DNA of 33,009 bases from Macrostomum lignano. Lineage: Eukaryota. Location of the stretch: contig NIVC01004861.1 in the NCBI GenBank assembly GCA_002269645.1, positions 1 through 33,009 of the forward strand, given 5' to 3'. This document shows, one piece after another, positions 1 to 14,099 of the stretch; the stretch's first letter is position 1, and each line of letters starts with the position of its first letter. The position numbers and the translations under genes were made by a program. Below the pieces are notes generated by a model. It saw only the letters and a list, made by a program, of their open reading frames with translations. It searched no databases and had not been told where the DNA came from.

Positions 1-439
1 CCGAGTCCAGCGTCGGCGTACAGCGCCGCCCATGCTGTACAGGTACAGGTACCGGCGACAGAGTCCACTCGCTCAATCTTTGTCGGCAGCGAGCCCAAGT
101 CGGATAGAAGTCGGGAAATTTCCGACGCACAAAGTCGGCATTGTCGGCGTCCGTCCACAGCCGGTGCTGCCAGTCGGGAAGCAGCGGCGCCAGCTGGCCG
201 ACCAGACAGAGAACCGGTTTGGAAGGCTGGCCGACTTCCACGACTGGTGCACGAAGCTCGGAGGGATGCCTCGCCGCTGGCGCTGGCGCCGGTCGAGTGC
301 AGGGGCAACATCGCGTATGGCCGGGAAGAACTCCAGCTCCTTGGCCAGCCGGTGCGCCAGATGCGAGGCGATTCATCAGCGTCAGGAGCAGAGCTGGGAG
401 GCCGAGTGCCAGCCGGAGCTTCGGGCTGCGAATTCGCAT
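1..439 (-). pseudogene. GT32 (DXD sugar-binding, SUR1/CSH1/OCH1-like) type II membrane glycosyltransferase, 5' part, with about six 1-2 nt frameshifts (pseudogene or sequencing indels)
   Basis: Joining frames on the minus strand from the ATG at 439 gives MRIRSPKLRLALGLPALLLTLM/IASHLAHRLAKELEFFPAIRD...RGIPPSFVHQSWKSASLPNRFSVWSASWRRCF(P)DWQHRLWTDADNADFVRRKFPDFYPTWA(R)LPTKIERVDSV/RYLYLYSMGG/LYAD/LDS. This matches the GT32 signature IP-x-hhHQ(T/S)WK...W...W(T)D...IER.D..RY..LY..GG.Y.DLD and has an N-terminal signal anchor. Candidate acceptor ttattcag at 528-535 (minus). Confidence 0.85.
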
Positions 440-842
440 CCGGTTTAGGTGGCGCCGGGCGGGCCGGGGCAGCGCTTCATCAGCTGCCGCCACACCAACG
501 AGTCGTGTCGAGCGTGCCCAGCTGCAGCTGAATAAATTGGCGATCGAAAGCTCAGATTGATGGTGGACATGAGAGGCTGTGTAGCAATTAGGTGATTAAT
601 ATATACTTATTATGTACTCGTATTAGTCATTTTTAGAACTCCAAATGCCTCATATATATTTGTTGCAGTAGCAGCCTGTGAATAATGTCTATGGTCAAAC
701 TGTTTGATTTTATCGATTTAGTGCAAATGTACATTTTTCACACCCGTCCAGATGGTCTGTGGCGAATCTTCTTTTGCTTCTGTGCTTAACTTATCGCCCG
801 TGAGGGCTAACCGTTAGGATACAGAATGAGTACCGAAAGTAT

Positions 843-1894
<1,052 letters not shown>

Positions 1895-1928
1895 TATAAG
1901 TAATAAAATCAAAATTTCCCAGTCTTAC

Positions 1929-2100
1929 CAGCCAGGGTGAGATTGCCGCTTCTGTTCTTCAAGTGCTGAATGGAGGCCCACACCTATTCTTCCTGCTTGT
2001 TGCGGTGGCAGATTATTGCTTCTTCTCTTTGCTGATCACTCCAGCATAGCTATTACTCTAATTCTGTTTTCAGAAACAGCAGCTGCACAATGTTGGATTG
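1929..2100 (-). other. Candidate non-coding 5' exon of the GT32 gene
   Basis: Minus-strand donor GGCTG|GTAAGACT at 1928. No long open frame. The 5' boundary is uncertain. Confidence 0.3.
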
Positions 2101-2697
2101 GCCTACACACTACGGTTACAGTTCTGAGCGACAAAGTCCTGAGATATTAGGGCAGATGCTTTTGTTAGACACTCGCGGAGAATAGGGGGAGGTTGTGGGG
2201 TGGCGGCGGTACGGGAGTGACGGCTGAGCGGGCCTCGCTGAACTCAATGAAGTTTTGAGCAGTGAGCAGTTAACCAATGAGCAGGCAATGGGATGGTAGA
2301 ACGGCTCTCAGCATTGTCTGCTGCCGGTCTCTCCCCCCCCATCGCCTTCCCACCCTCCGCCATTCTAGTCAGGTGTATGGGAAAGTTGGAGAAGCGGGAA
2401 GGGAGAGGCCCGGGAAGGTGGCTGCATGGTAAAGGAGGAGAGGAAGGGTATACTGTAAGTGCGCTTACAAGCTACTCATTGGCGCGCAATCTCTATGCTC
2501 AATAATTCCCATGGGATTTTAAGCTTTAAGGTAAGACAGACCAGGTGAGAAATATTTATGTTGGTACAGCAGCCGTATGAGCCTTCATCGCCAACCCCAC
2601 CCAGTGCAAACTGAGGAACCGGAGAATTCAAGCCATGCCGTTTTGATAGATTAAATTTGTAGCGTGCGCTTGAGGCCTCTCAAAGCATAGTTTATGT

Positions 2698-3177
2698 CAG
2701 GGGTCGGGAATTTTTTCTAACCTTAACGGCCAGATGGAGAATCTGGCTCATGGCTGCCAGCCAGATGATAGCGGAGAGGAGAGGAAAGGGAGAGAGAGAG
2801 AGAGAGAAAAGAGGAAGGAAAGATGAGATTTGAGAGAGGAGAGAAAGGAGATGAGATGAGAGATGAATGAGAGAACATGCAGGTGACAGAAGATGGGAGA
2901 GAAGAGAGGAGAAAAGGGAGAAGAGAGGAGGGGAGAGAAGAGAGAAGAGAAGAGGGGTTAGAAGAGAGAAGAGAGAAGAGAGGAAGGGAGAGAAGAGAGA
3001 AGAGAAGAGGGCTGAGAAGAGAGAAGAGAGGAAGAGAGAGAAGAGAGAAGATAAGAGGGCTTAGAAGAGAGAAGAGAGGAGGGGAGAGAAGAGACTTAAA
3101 CCCAAAGCGAGCCGGATTGCTTATTGTGAAGTTTCAAATAACCCGAGGGCCGTATAGAGAGACTTTGCCGACCCCAG
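2698..3177. mobile_element. Non-autonomous hAT-superfamily (Charlie/Buster-like) MITE
   Basis: Left end CAGGGGTCGGGAA (2698-2710) and right end TTGCCGACCCCAG (3165-3177) are inverted repeats with 11/13 matches. The 8-bp flanks GTTTATGT and GTTTATAT (7/8, central TA) form a TSD. The interior is filled by a GA-rich simple repeat. Confidence 0.8.
2775..3095. repeat. GA-rich (GAGAA-type) low-complexity repeat inside the MITE
   Basis: Purine-rich repeats. Source of the R/E/K-rich ORFs 2867-3191. Confidence 0.9.
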
Positions 3178-3835
3178 GTTTATATATCTAGATACTTGAA
3201 ACACAAAGTTCTCTATATCAGATACTGTCTCTAAGCGTGAAGTGCGGCAACCAGTAGCAAATTGATATTTTTGTATGTTTATTTCGCAGAAATTGCAGCC
3301 AGTCTAAACGATGGATAGGTTGATTTTAGAATTTTCAGTCTTGGTTTTTCTTACCCATTTTTAAAATGCATTATATCCTTAGCTGATCGCAACATTTTGA
3401 TCCTTTGTCAACAACCCGGTTATTTGAGTAGGATACTCTGACCAAGTTAAGTAGTCATGTTTGCACCTCCTACTTATCCTATTTGAATAGTCTGTGTGCT
3501 CAGATTTATACAAATCTGAATACTCTAGGAGGTGCAATTAATCTGACTGTTTATTCCATTAAACTAATTGCAAACCTAGCGACACACTACTTAATAAGTA
3601 GGCTTGTTTCGCGTATTTTTTCTAAAAAGAACTGTTTCTATAAGTGTTTTTAGTTTGCTGTTTAATTAAATTTGTTATGATCTATCTTAGCTAAAATTAA
3701 AACAATTAATTAAAACATAATGAGCCACAGTCAGGCAAATTTTCCATTATATGCGACTGCTTCGTTTGGAAATCCATTGGCACAATTGTACTTTGACACA
3801 AAGCTAATGAAGTGCCCGGTGTCAGGAAAGTTTCT

Positions 3836-3996
3836 AAAGTGTCAGTTAGTGTCAGGGAGGCTACATAAGTGTCAGTAATGTCAGGGGAGTTACTGCAGTG
3901 TTAGTAGTGTCAGGAGAGTTAGTATCGATAGCTGCAGTGTCAGTAGTGTCAGGGGAGCTACTGCAGTGTCAGTAGTGTCGGGAGACTGTCAGGGGG
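3836..3996. repeat. Degenerate TGTCAGTAGTGTCAGG-type tandem repeat
   Basis: The TGTCAG motif recurs about 10 times in 160 bp. Confidence 0.6.
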
Positions 3997-4673
3997 TCAT
4001 AGGGTACCACAGTAAGTTATGGTTCTGAGAGTGAGAGGGCCGGGAACAGCAGATCACTCAAGACAAGAACAGTGACAATAAAGTTGCGGTCTCGGCAACT
4101 GCAGAGCCAGACAATGCTGGGCAAACACAATTGCTGGGCCAGATGGCACAGAGCACACAAACCCGATTCAATGGATGCGTCACGTGCTTCTCCGCAACCC
4201 TATCCCGCCCCGACTGTGGACTGTCCCGTTTTCAAGGCCAGCTCTCCCCAAACCGAGGAGTTCTTTTAGCTCGTAACTCGGTTTTGTTTAGAGAAGAATT
4301 ACCAGACACAGAAGCTAAAACATCAAACACTCATGAATATACGTTAGAATTTTTTTAATATAGAGATGATTAATTATCAATTAATCATTAATAATTAGTA
4401 TTAGCATTTTTTAATAAATGATCATTTGTCCTACTAGTTTATCTTACGCTGTGTTACAATCCAGATGGCAGATTTTAGCATTCCATGGCGTAACAGTCCT
4501 CCAAAGCAATCCGCATATAGCTAGTTACAGCTGTCAGACCGGGTTCTTTGTCCCATCCATATAGGACCATGGAGATCTAGAACTAGACTTGGAGTTACCA
4601 GCTCTTACCTATCACATCGATTTGTAGACAACTGTAGACTGATTGCGGTTTTTCGCTTTAGCCGAGGGAGGGA

Positions 4674-5135
4674 CTTCACAAGCTCGAAACTTCATCACGA
4701 TTCACAAGCTCGAAACTTCATCACGATTTACAAGCTCGAAACTTCATCACGATTTACAAGCTCGAAACTTCATCACAAGCTTGAAACTTCATCACAAGCT
4801 CGAAACTTCATCACAAGCTCGAAACTCCATCACAAGCTTGAAACTTCATCACAAGCTTGAAACTCCACCACAAGCTCGAAACTTCATCACAAGCTCGAAA
4901 CTTCATCACAAGCTCGAAACTTCATCACAAGCTCGAAACTTCATCACAAGCTCGAAACTTCATCACAAGCTCGAAACTCCACCACAAGCTCGAAACTTCA
5001 TCACAAGCTCGAAACTTCATCACAAGCTCGAAACTCCATCACAAGCTCGAAACTTCATCACAAGCTCGAAACTCCACCACAAGCTCGAAACTCCATCACA
5101 AGCTCGAAACTCCATCACAAGCTCGAAACTCCATC
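4674..5135. repeat. 19-bp minisatellite (CACAAGCTCGAAACTTCAT)
   Basis: Over 20 near-identical tandem units. The first few carry a short GATT(T) insert. Explains ORFs 4643-5213. Confidence 0.95.
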
Positions 5136-5723
5136 AAGATGTCAAGACTTACTTGGGGAATTGCTGAAATATCAAGTCTTAAGGGGGGTCAAAAGCTACG
5201 TGGTTTATTTTAAAAAAATTATTATATTCTTTGTTTGTTCCCTGGCCTACGGGGGCGTAGATATCTAGTCCTGATCACTAAAAGTGTCAATACTTGTCGA
5301 AAACTTTCAGCCTAAAATTGTCTGAAGACCTGCTAGTCCAAGTTCTAGTTCTGGGTCGCCTTGAAAGGAGCCACTGTATATCAGTCTATAGGAGGGGAAA
5401 ACTGGGGGAAGCCCGGGTTGCGCTCTCAATGAACAGTCAGCATTCCTCCCTATTGGCTAAGTCCGGGGGGCATTCGGCATGTGTTTATTAAGCAACCTCT
5501 GTGAACCGATTGGACCACACGAGGCCACCAAGACAGTCTGCTTAAACAAGTTCATTAGAAATCTGAATGGTTGAAGCCATAAGCGGCACTGCACTTCATT
5601 GTCTCTTGTACAAGGCTGACCGGAGCCTCTTTATACTTATATTCCCAGAGCACGCACAGTAGGATTCCCTTCAATCGATATTGTCTTCTCCAACGAGTCA
5701 GCAGCGGAGCGAAAATTATTCGC

Positions 5724-5936
5724 ATGTCAACTATGCGTCCGCTGCTGGTGTTGCTCATTTTGCAAGGCCGCTTATCATTGCTGCTTGTTGTCGAGGCGAC
5801 CTGCGCGGTTAACAATTCAATTGATGAGGAAGAGATCGTTGGAGCGCTGCTGGACCCGAAACAGTACAACAAAAATCACCGGCCACTGAACAGATGGACT
5901 GGGCAGGCAGCTTCAAACAACAGTCGGAACCACCAG
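5724..5936 (+). CDS. Cys-loop ligand-gated chloride channel (GluCl/GlyR-like), exon 1
   Basis: Signal peptide MSTMRPLLVLLILQGRLSLLLVVEATCA, then LLDPKQYNKNHRP (the LL..YD...RP motif). Phase-0 donor CAG|GTAATT at 5937. Confidence 0.85.
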
Positions 5937-6039
5937 GTAATTGCTCTCTTGACTTTGGCCACTTGTAGCTATTGTTAGTTTTTGTCACCTCTTTATAAGG
6001 CAAGCGCTGGCCAAGGAGGCATGGAGGGTTGGCCCCCAT

Positions 6040-6900
6040 TTTTGGAGCTTAAACACTCCCTCTTGAAATTAAACACTCATTTCAGAGCTTAAACACTCAT
6101 TTTAGAGTTTAAATACTCATTTTGGAGTTTAAACCCCATTTCAGAGTTTAAACACTCATTTCAGAGTTTAAACACTCATTTTAGAGTTGAAAAACTCATC
6201 TCAGAGTTTAAACGCTCATTTCAGAGTTTAAACACTCATTTCAGAGTTTAAACACTCATTTTAGAGCTTAAATACTCATTTTAGAGCTTAAAAACTCATT
6301 TTTGAGTTTAAACACTCATTTCAGAGTTTAAACCTCATTTTAGAGCTAAAATACTCATTTCAGAGCTTAAACACTCATTTCAGAGTTTAAACAGTCATTT
6401 CAGAGTTTAAACACTCATTTCAGAGTTTAAACACTCATTTCAGAGTTTAAACACTCATTTTAGAGTTGAAAAACTCATCTCAGAGTTTAAACGCTCATTT
6501 CAGAGTTTAAACACTCATTTTAGAGCTTAAATACTCATTTTAGAGCTTAAACACTCATTTTAGAGTTTAAACGCTCTTTTTAGAGTTTAAACACTCATTT
6601 TAGAACTTAAACACTCATTTTAGAGCTTAAACACTCATTTTTGAGTTTAAACACTCATTTCAGAGTTTAAACCTCATTTTAGAGTTTAAACCTCATTTTA
6701 GAGCTAAAATACTCATTTCAGAGCTTAAACACTCATCTCAGAGTTTAAACACTCATTTCAGAGTTTAAACAGTCATTTCAGAGTTTAAACACTCATTTCA
6801 GAGTTTAAACACTCATTTCAGAGCTTAAACACTCATTTTAGAGTTTAAATACTCATTTCAGAGTTTAAACACTCTTTTTAGAGTTTAAACGCTCATTTTA
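6040..6900. repeat. 20-bp minisatellite (TTTCAGAGTTTAAACACTCA) in channel intron 1
   Basis: About 40 tandem units with a palindromic GTTTAAAC core. Confidence 0.95.
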
Positions 6901-7029
6901 GTAACACCCATTTCACAGATTCAACATTTTATTTGATGCTTTGTTTGGGGGCTAAGTTACTCCTTTCAACAATTTAAACATTTATTTCGGAACCACAGCA
7001 CTAAAAATTCGGTACTGATATGCTTCAAG

Positions 7030-7326
7030 GATTGCTCGGCGGCCACAGACGTGCTGGTGAATCTGCACATTGTGTCATTCAGCACCCTGAGCGTGCAGAA
7101 CATGGACTTCACCGTGAACATCTACTTGCGCATGATCTGGGAGGATGCCCGTTTGGCCTATTCAGCCTCCAATCCTAACGCTTCCGTCAGTCTGCACTCG
7201 ATGAAAGACAAAATCTGGATGCCGGATATCTTCTTTCGCAACGCAAAGCAGGTGGAAAATCATGCTGATCCGGTGCCCAACATCCTGGTCAAGCTGCGGC
7301 CGACGGGGCGCATCTACTTCTCACAG
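7030..7326 (+). CDS. Cys-loop chloride channel, exon 2 (loops D, A, E)
   Basis: Acceptor cttcaag|, then DCSAATDVLVNLHIVSFSTLSVQNMDFTVNIYLRMIWEDARL...KIWMPDIFFRNAK...NILVKLRPTGRIYFSQ, then donor |GTGAAC. Phase 0/0. Confidence 0.93.
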
Positions 7327-7341
7327 GTGAACTCAGCCTGA

Positions 7342-8127
<786 letters not shown>

Positions 8128-8489
8128 TCCACCGCCAATACTCCACCGCCAATGCCGAAAATCACAATTGACTTTTTCCATTCTTTTCATACTGCCGCAC
8201 TTCTACAATTCAGTGAAGGTTTTGTAAGGTTTATAATTATAATTAAATTAACTGGCACGGATGCCAGAGCCATCTTTGCTAGATATTGGCTTTTAGATAT
8301 AATATACTAGCTTTGCAAACATTACAAAGCAGACACTGCATCCCCAAGCAAGATCTTTCACAAGCAATTTTTTTCACAACGCGTCACGGAAAAACTGCAG
8401 CCAAAGCTTTGTGTCTTACGGGGCTCTCACACAGCAGCGAATTCAATTTTGCTGTGCCCAAACTTGACAGTTTACAAGTTGAAATCCTC

Positions 8490-9225
8490 ACATCCCATCC
8501 CATCCCACCCGATCCCATTCCATCCCGTCACATCCCATCCCATTCCATCCCATCTCATCCCATCCCATTCCACCCCATCTCATCCCATCCCATTCCATTC
8601 CATCCCATCACATCCCATCCCATCCCATCACATCCCATCCCATCCCATCAAAATCTCACCCGATTCCATTCCATCCCATCTCATCCCATCCCATTCCATC
8701 CCATCTCATCCCATCCCATTCCATCCCATCTCATCCCATCCCATTCCATCCCATCTCATCCCATCCCATCTCATCCCATCCCATTCCATCCCATCACATC
8801 CCATCACATCCCATCCCATCAAAATCTCACCTGATTCCATTCCATCCCATCTCATCCCATCCCATTCCATCCCATCTCATCCCATCCCATTCCATCCCAT
8901 CTCATCCCATCCCATCCCATTCCATCCCATCTCATCCCATCCCATTCCATCCCATCTCATCCCATCCCATTCCATCCCATCTCATCCCATCCCATTCCAT
9001 CCCATCTCATCCCATCCCATTCCATCCCATCTCATCCCATCCCATTCCATCCCATCACATCCCATCCCATCCCATCCCATCAAAATCTCACCCGATTCCA
9101 TTCCATCCCAATCCCATCCCATCCCGTCCCCTCCCATCCTATCCAATGTGATCCCATCCCATCCCATCCCATCCGATCTCATTCCACCCGATCTTAATCC
9201 CTTCCCATCCCATCGCATCCAATCC
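8490..9225. repeat. (CATCC)n/(CATTC)n pentamer satellite with higher-order blocks
   Basis: CCCAT units. The marker CATCAAAATCTCACC recurs at about 8645, 8817 and 9078. Confidence 0.95.
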
Positions 9226-9762
9226 CAACCCCTCTATCGTTTCATCCGGAAGCTCCCACAAAAGCTACTCATATTTGACACCCCGCACGGTTGGACCCCA
9301 TGGTATCGGGGGGGGGGGGGAGGGGGCATCTCTATACAGAATGTTGGCCTGTTGCAAATATTAGCAAGCCTTGCAGTCAGTCTTTTGTCACTGGCGCAAC
9401 GATCGATTTTTGATTTGCAAGGCAGGTTCTGCAGCAGTCACTGCGCTGCCGATGTTGCAGATGGATATGCGGGAAAATGCCAACTGAAAATTTGCATTCC
9501 TTTGCCACCCTAGCTGTGCAGCTACGAGCCATAATACTCTATTTAGGATTCTGATTGTGCATTTCCCAGACCAGACAATTGCCTAAATAGCAATTTTTCT
9601 GTTGACTTCTGCCTTAAAAATTTTAAAGTGAATAGTTACATTTGTTTGACTGTCTGTTATTGTCCTGAATTGAATGCAGTTCACACAGAAAATGACAGAA
9701 CCTTCCTGCAGTGAGTTGGAAGTTGTTGGAGTCTTTGTACTTTTTAGTGCGAGGTCAAGAGG

Positions 9763-10598
9763 TTACAGTCTTTGTACTTTAGTGAAAGACCAGAAGATAC
9801 AGTCTTTGCACTTTAGTGAAAGACCAGATGCTACAGTCTTTGTAATTTAGTGAAAGACCAGATGCTACAGTCTTTGTAATTTAGTGAAAGACCAGATGCT
9901 ACAGTCTTTGTAATTTAGTGAAAGACCAGATGCTACAGTCTTTGTAATTTAGTGAAAGACTAGATGCTACAGTCTTTGTAATTTAGTGAAAGACCAGATG
10001 CTACAGTCTTTGTAATTTAGTGAAAGAGCAGAAGCTACAGTCATTGTACTTTAGTGAAAGAGCAGAAGCTACAGTCATTGTACTTTAGTGAAAGAGCAGA
10101 AGCTACAGTCATTGTACTTTAGTGAAAGAGCAGAAGCTACAGTCATTGTACTTTAGTGAAAGAGCAGAAGCTACAGTCATTGTACTTTAGTGAAAGAGCA
10201 GAAGCTACAGTCATTGTACTTTAGTGAAAGAGCAGAAGCTACAGTCATTGTACTTTAGTGAAAGAGCAGAAGCTACAGTCATTGTACTTTAGTGAAAGAG
10301 CAGAAGCTACAGTCTTTGTACTTTAGTGAAAGAGCAGAAGCTACAGTCTTTGTACTTTAGTGAAAGAGCAGAAGCTACAGTCATTGTACTTTAGTGAAAG
10401 AGCAGAAGCTACAGTCATTGTACTTTAGTGAAAGAGCAGAAGCTACAGTCATTGTACTTTAGTGAAAGAGCAGAAGCTACAGTCTTTGTACTTTAGTGAA
10501 AGAGCAGAAGCTACAGTCATTGTACTTTAGTGAAAGAGCAGAAGCTACAGTCTTTGTACTTTAGTGAAAGAGCAGAAGCTACAGTCTTTGTACTTTAG
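9763..10598. repeat. 34-bp minisatellite (TTTAGTGAAAGAGCAGAAGCTACAGTCATTGTAC)
   Basis: About 24 tandem units in two sequence subtypes. Confidence 0.95.
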
Positions 10599-11200
10599 TT
10601 GACCGCCAGCGCAATATTGGTCTCGCTACAGAATGGGTCCAAAAAGGTTCCCTTAACCATCACGCAGTTGCTTTGGCTTTTCAGCAAATGGGCTTTTCTG
10701 TTCTGAGGAAACAGGTGAAGAAGTCTACCCTACAAAGCTAGGGCGCCGCTGCGTGCAAAACAGCGTTCAATCTTAAAAAATTGCAATATGTACAAGACAG
10801 CTAACTTTATTATTTTTCGACTACTGACAACACAGTAGGGGTCCGCGTGGAAGTTAACTAGCGGCGGGGGGCAATAATGATGGATCTGTCTTAGTGGTAA
10901 GCCTGTGTACCAAAATTTACAATCTGCCTTAGATATCATTTACAAATGGATCGGCACTGCATTTCGAATATAGTCAGTATTAAATGTACTAAACTGTTGA
11001 AGGCATTCCCACTGTATTACCTGTGCAGATAAAGCTGCTGATGGTGAGTGCCTTCAGTGCCTTGGGTTATTGCTGTCTGTGTGGTCCTGGTTTCCGTGTG
11101 TATTAGAATTTTACTTTATAGCGAGACTTTCCACATTGTATGTCACCCTGTTGCATCTACCACTTCACACCATCAGTCACTCTACTATGTCTGCCACTGG

Positions 11201-11598
11201 ACTGCACCTGTCACTCTTCTGTATCTGTCACTCTGTCACTCTAATATATCTGTCATTCTTCTGTATCTGTCACTCTTCTGTATCTGACACTCTACTGTAT
11301 CTGTCACTCTACTGTATCTGTCACTCTACTGTATCTGTCACTCTACTGTATCTGTCACTCTACTGTATCTGTCACTCTACTGTATCTGTCACTCTTCTGT
11401 ATCTGTCACTCTACTGTATCTCTGTCACTCTTCTGTATCTGTCACTCTACTGTATCTGTCACTCTTCTGTATCTGTCACTCTACTGTATCTCTGTCACTC
11501 TTCTGTATCTGTCACTCTTCTGTATCTGTCACTACTGTATCTGTCACTCTTCTGTATCTGTCACTCTTCTGTATCTGTCACTCTACTCTATCTGTCAC
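11201..11598. repeat. 17-bp minisatellite (CTGTATCTGTCACTCT[A/T])
   Basis: Tandem units. Source of ORF 11070-11672. Confidence 0.93.
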
Positions 11599-12189
11599 CC
11601 TATACAGTCCCTACAATGTCTGTCACTCCCGTTTTCATTATTTTCCTTGTCACCCTGCCTCTCCATTCTTAGCATTCAGGCGTTGCAGAAAAAAGTCTGA
11701 TCAAATATCGGCGGTAAAATGGACAGGAAAATTTATTACTTTTTCATCGGCTTCCCCTCTTCTCCAAGCAGAGAGCAGAAAAAATGCAGGAAATCCGGCA
11801 CCGGAGCGTTAACACCACCCCCCGCGAAGGCCGGACTGCCTAAAGCCAATGACAGAGGAACCCTGTATATACAGAAGGCAGAGACAGTTTACCACAACTT
11901 CCAAGTTGACTTGGATAAGAGGATTTGCGTTCTGTAGTTGTTCCTACGGCCCGCCGCTTCCCTGAACCAACACGTCGCAAAACCCCTACACTTCAGCCTT
12001 TTATTTGCGCTTCACTCGTTTCCTAAAATTTCCCAAATCAGAGAAAAATTATTTTGCTCGCTTTCAATAATGCAAACACCGGAATAAGATTTTTGCCAGA
12101 ACCGGATGGCCAGAAACCGCCTGTGCTGCCCCAGTCTGCAGTTCACTGTCGGCTGACCGCTCAGCAAACACTGCCGGCTTACTGACAAT

Positions 12190-13090
12190 GCCTCTCTCCC
12201 TTTCCTCTCTCTCCTTTCTCTCTCTCCTCTCTCTCTCTCCTCTCTCTCCTCTCTCCCCTTTCTCTCTCCTCTCTCTCCTCTCTCTCCTTTCTCTCTCTCC
12301 TCTCTCTCCTCTCTCTCCTTTCTCTGTCCTCTCTGTCCTCTCTCTCCTTTCTCTCTCTCCTCTCTCTCTCCTCTCTCTCCTTTCTCTCTCTCTCCTCTCT
12401 CTCCTTTCTCTCTCTCTCCTCTCTCTCCTCTCTCTCCTTTCTCTCTCTCCTCTCTCTCCTTTCTCTCTCTCTCCTCTCTCTCCTCTCTCTCCTTTCTCTC
12501 TCTCCTCTCTCTCTCCTTTCTCTCTCTCCTCTCTCTCTCCTTTCTCTCTCTCCTCTCTCTCCTTTCTCTCTCTCCTTTCTCTCCTCTCTCTCCTTTCTCT
12601 CTCTCTCCTCTCTCTCCTTTCTCTCTCTCTCCTCTCTCTCCTTTCTCTCTCTCTCCTCTCTCTCCTCTCTCTCCTTTCTCTCTCTCCTCTCTCTCCTTTC
12701 TCTCTCTCTCCTCTCTCTCCTCTCTCTCCTTTCTCTCTCTCTCCTCTCTCTCCTCTCTCTCCTTTCTCTCTCTCTCCTCTCTCTCCTTTCTCTCTCTCTC
12801 CTCTCTCCTTTCTCTCTCTCTCCTCTCTCTCCTCTCCTTCCTTTCTCTCTCTCCTCTCTCTCCTTTCTCTCTCTCTCCTCTCTCTCCTCTCTCTCCTTTC
12901 TCTCTCTCCTCTCCCTCCTTTCTCTCTCTCTCCTCTCTCTCCTCTCTCTCCTTTCTCTCTCTCCTCTCTCTCCTTTCTTTCCTCTCTCTCCTCTCCCCCC
13001 TCTCTCTCCTCCCTATATCCTCTCTCTCCCCTCTCTCCTGTCTCTCTTTCCTATCCCTTCCTCTTCTATCTCCTCTCTCTCTTCTCTTTT
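12190..13090. repeat. CT-rich polypyrimidine microsatellite
   Basis: About 900 bp of almost pure C/T. Source of the S/L/P ORF 12188-13255. Confidence 0.97.
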
Positions 13091-13527
13091 CCGTCTCTAA
13101 TTTCTCAATCTAACTCTGAAATTTCCTGTCTCAGGCAAATACTCGTATTTCTCAAAGAGATTCAGTCTGAGCAGCCAGACTGTACATGTACTTTAGTAAA
13201 GCCCAGAATGTGCAAGCAAACAGTTTTTGTGGCTATCCTGAACAGCGATGTTTGAGCTCGTGAGAAGATTTCCGAAGCCCCCCCCCCTACCCAGAAACAT
13301 CGTGCACAATTCGATAATTATCGTGTAGCACGACGATTAGCCATTTTTAATTGCTCTGTATTAAACGGCGCCTAGGATTTTAAAAAGCTGCGGGTTAAAA
13401 CGTCTCTGCAAATCTTTTAATTTCCCAGGTCAGTGTCTGCTTCCCAATTAACTAAAGGAACTATATCAGCTATAGTAACTATAGTAACTAAATTGGTAGT
13501 CAGTTGAGATTCAAACGCTTGTTGCAT

Positions 13528-14058
13528 TGGGTTTGAATAATAACTATATTGGGATTCAAATAGTAACTGTATTGGGATTCGAATGATAACTATGTTTTGG
13601 ATTCGAATAGTAACTGTATTGGGATTCGGAGAGTAACTATATTGGGATTCGAATAGCAACTATATTGGGATTCGAATAGAAGCTATATTTGGGATTCGAA
13701 TAGTAACTGTATTGGGATTCGAATAGAAACTATATTTGGGATTCGAATAGTAACTATATTGGGATTCGAATAGAAACTATATTTGGAATTCGAATAGTAA
13801 CTATATTGGGATTCGAATAGTAACTATATTGGGATTCGAATAGTAACTATATTGGGATTTGAATAGAAGCTATATTTGGGATTCGAATAGAAACTATATT
13901 GGGATTTGAATAGTAACTATATTGGGATTTGAGTAGAAGCTATATTTGGGATTCGAATTGTAACTATATTGGGATTCGAATAGAAGCTATATTTGGGATT
14001 CGAATAGTAACTATATTGGGATTCGAATAGTAACTATATTTGGGATTCGAATAGTAAT
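13528..14058. repeat. 23-24-bp minisatellite (GGGATTCGAATAGTAACTATATT)
   Basis: About 22 units with a palindromic ATTCGAAT core, ending about 40 bp before exon 3. Confidence 0.95.
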
Positions 14059-14099
14059 AGAATTCACCATTCACCGCAGTCCTATCCCCAACAATCCAG

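Noticed and set aside
32-560. Plus-strand ORFs 32-448, 141-560, 247-531
   Set aside because: They are antisense shadows of the GC-rich minus-strand GT32 sequence, with no recognisable motifs.
11690-12000. Minus-strand splice-like signals and short open frames in channel intron 2
   Set aside because: Would require a ~30-nt intron and gives no recognisable peptide.
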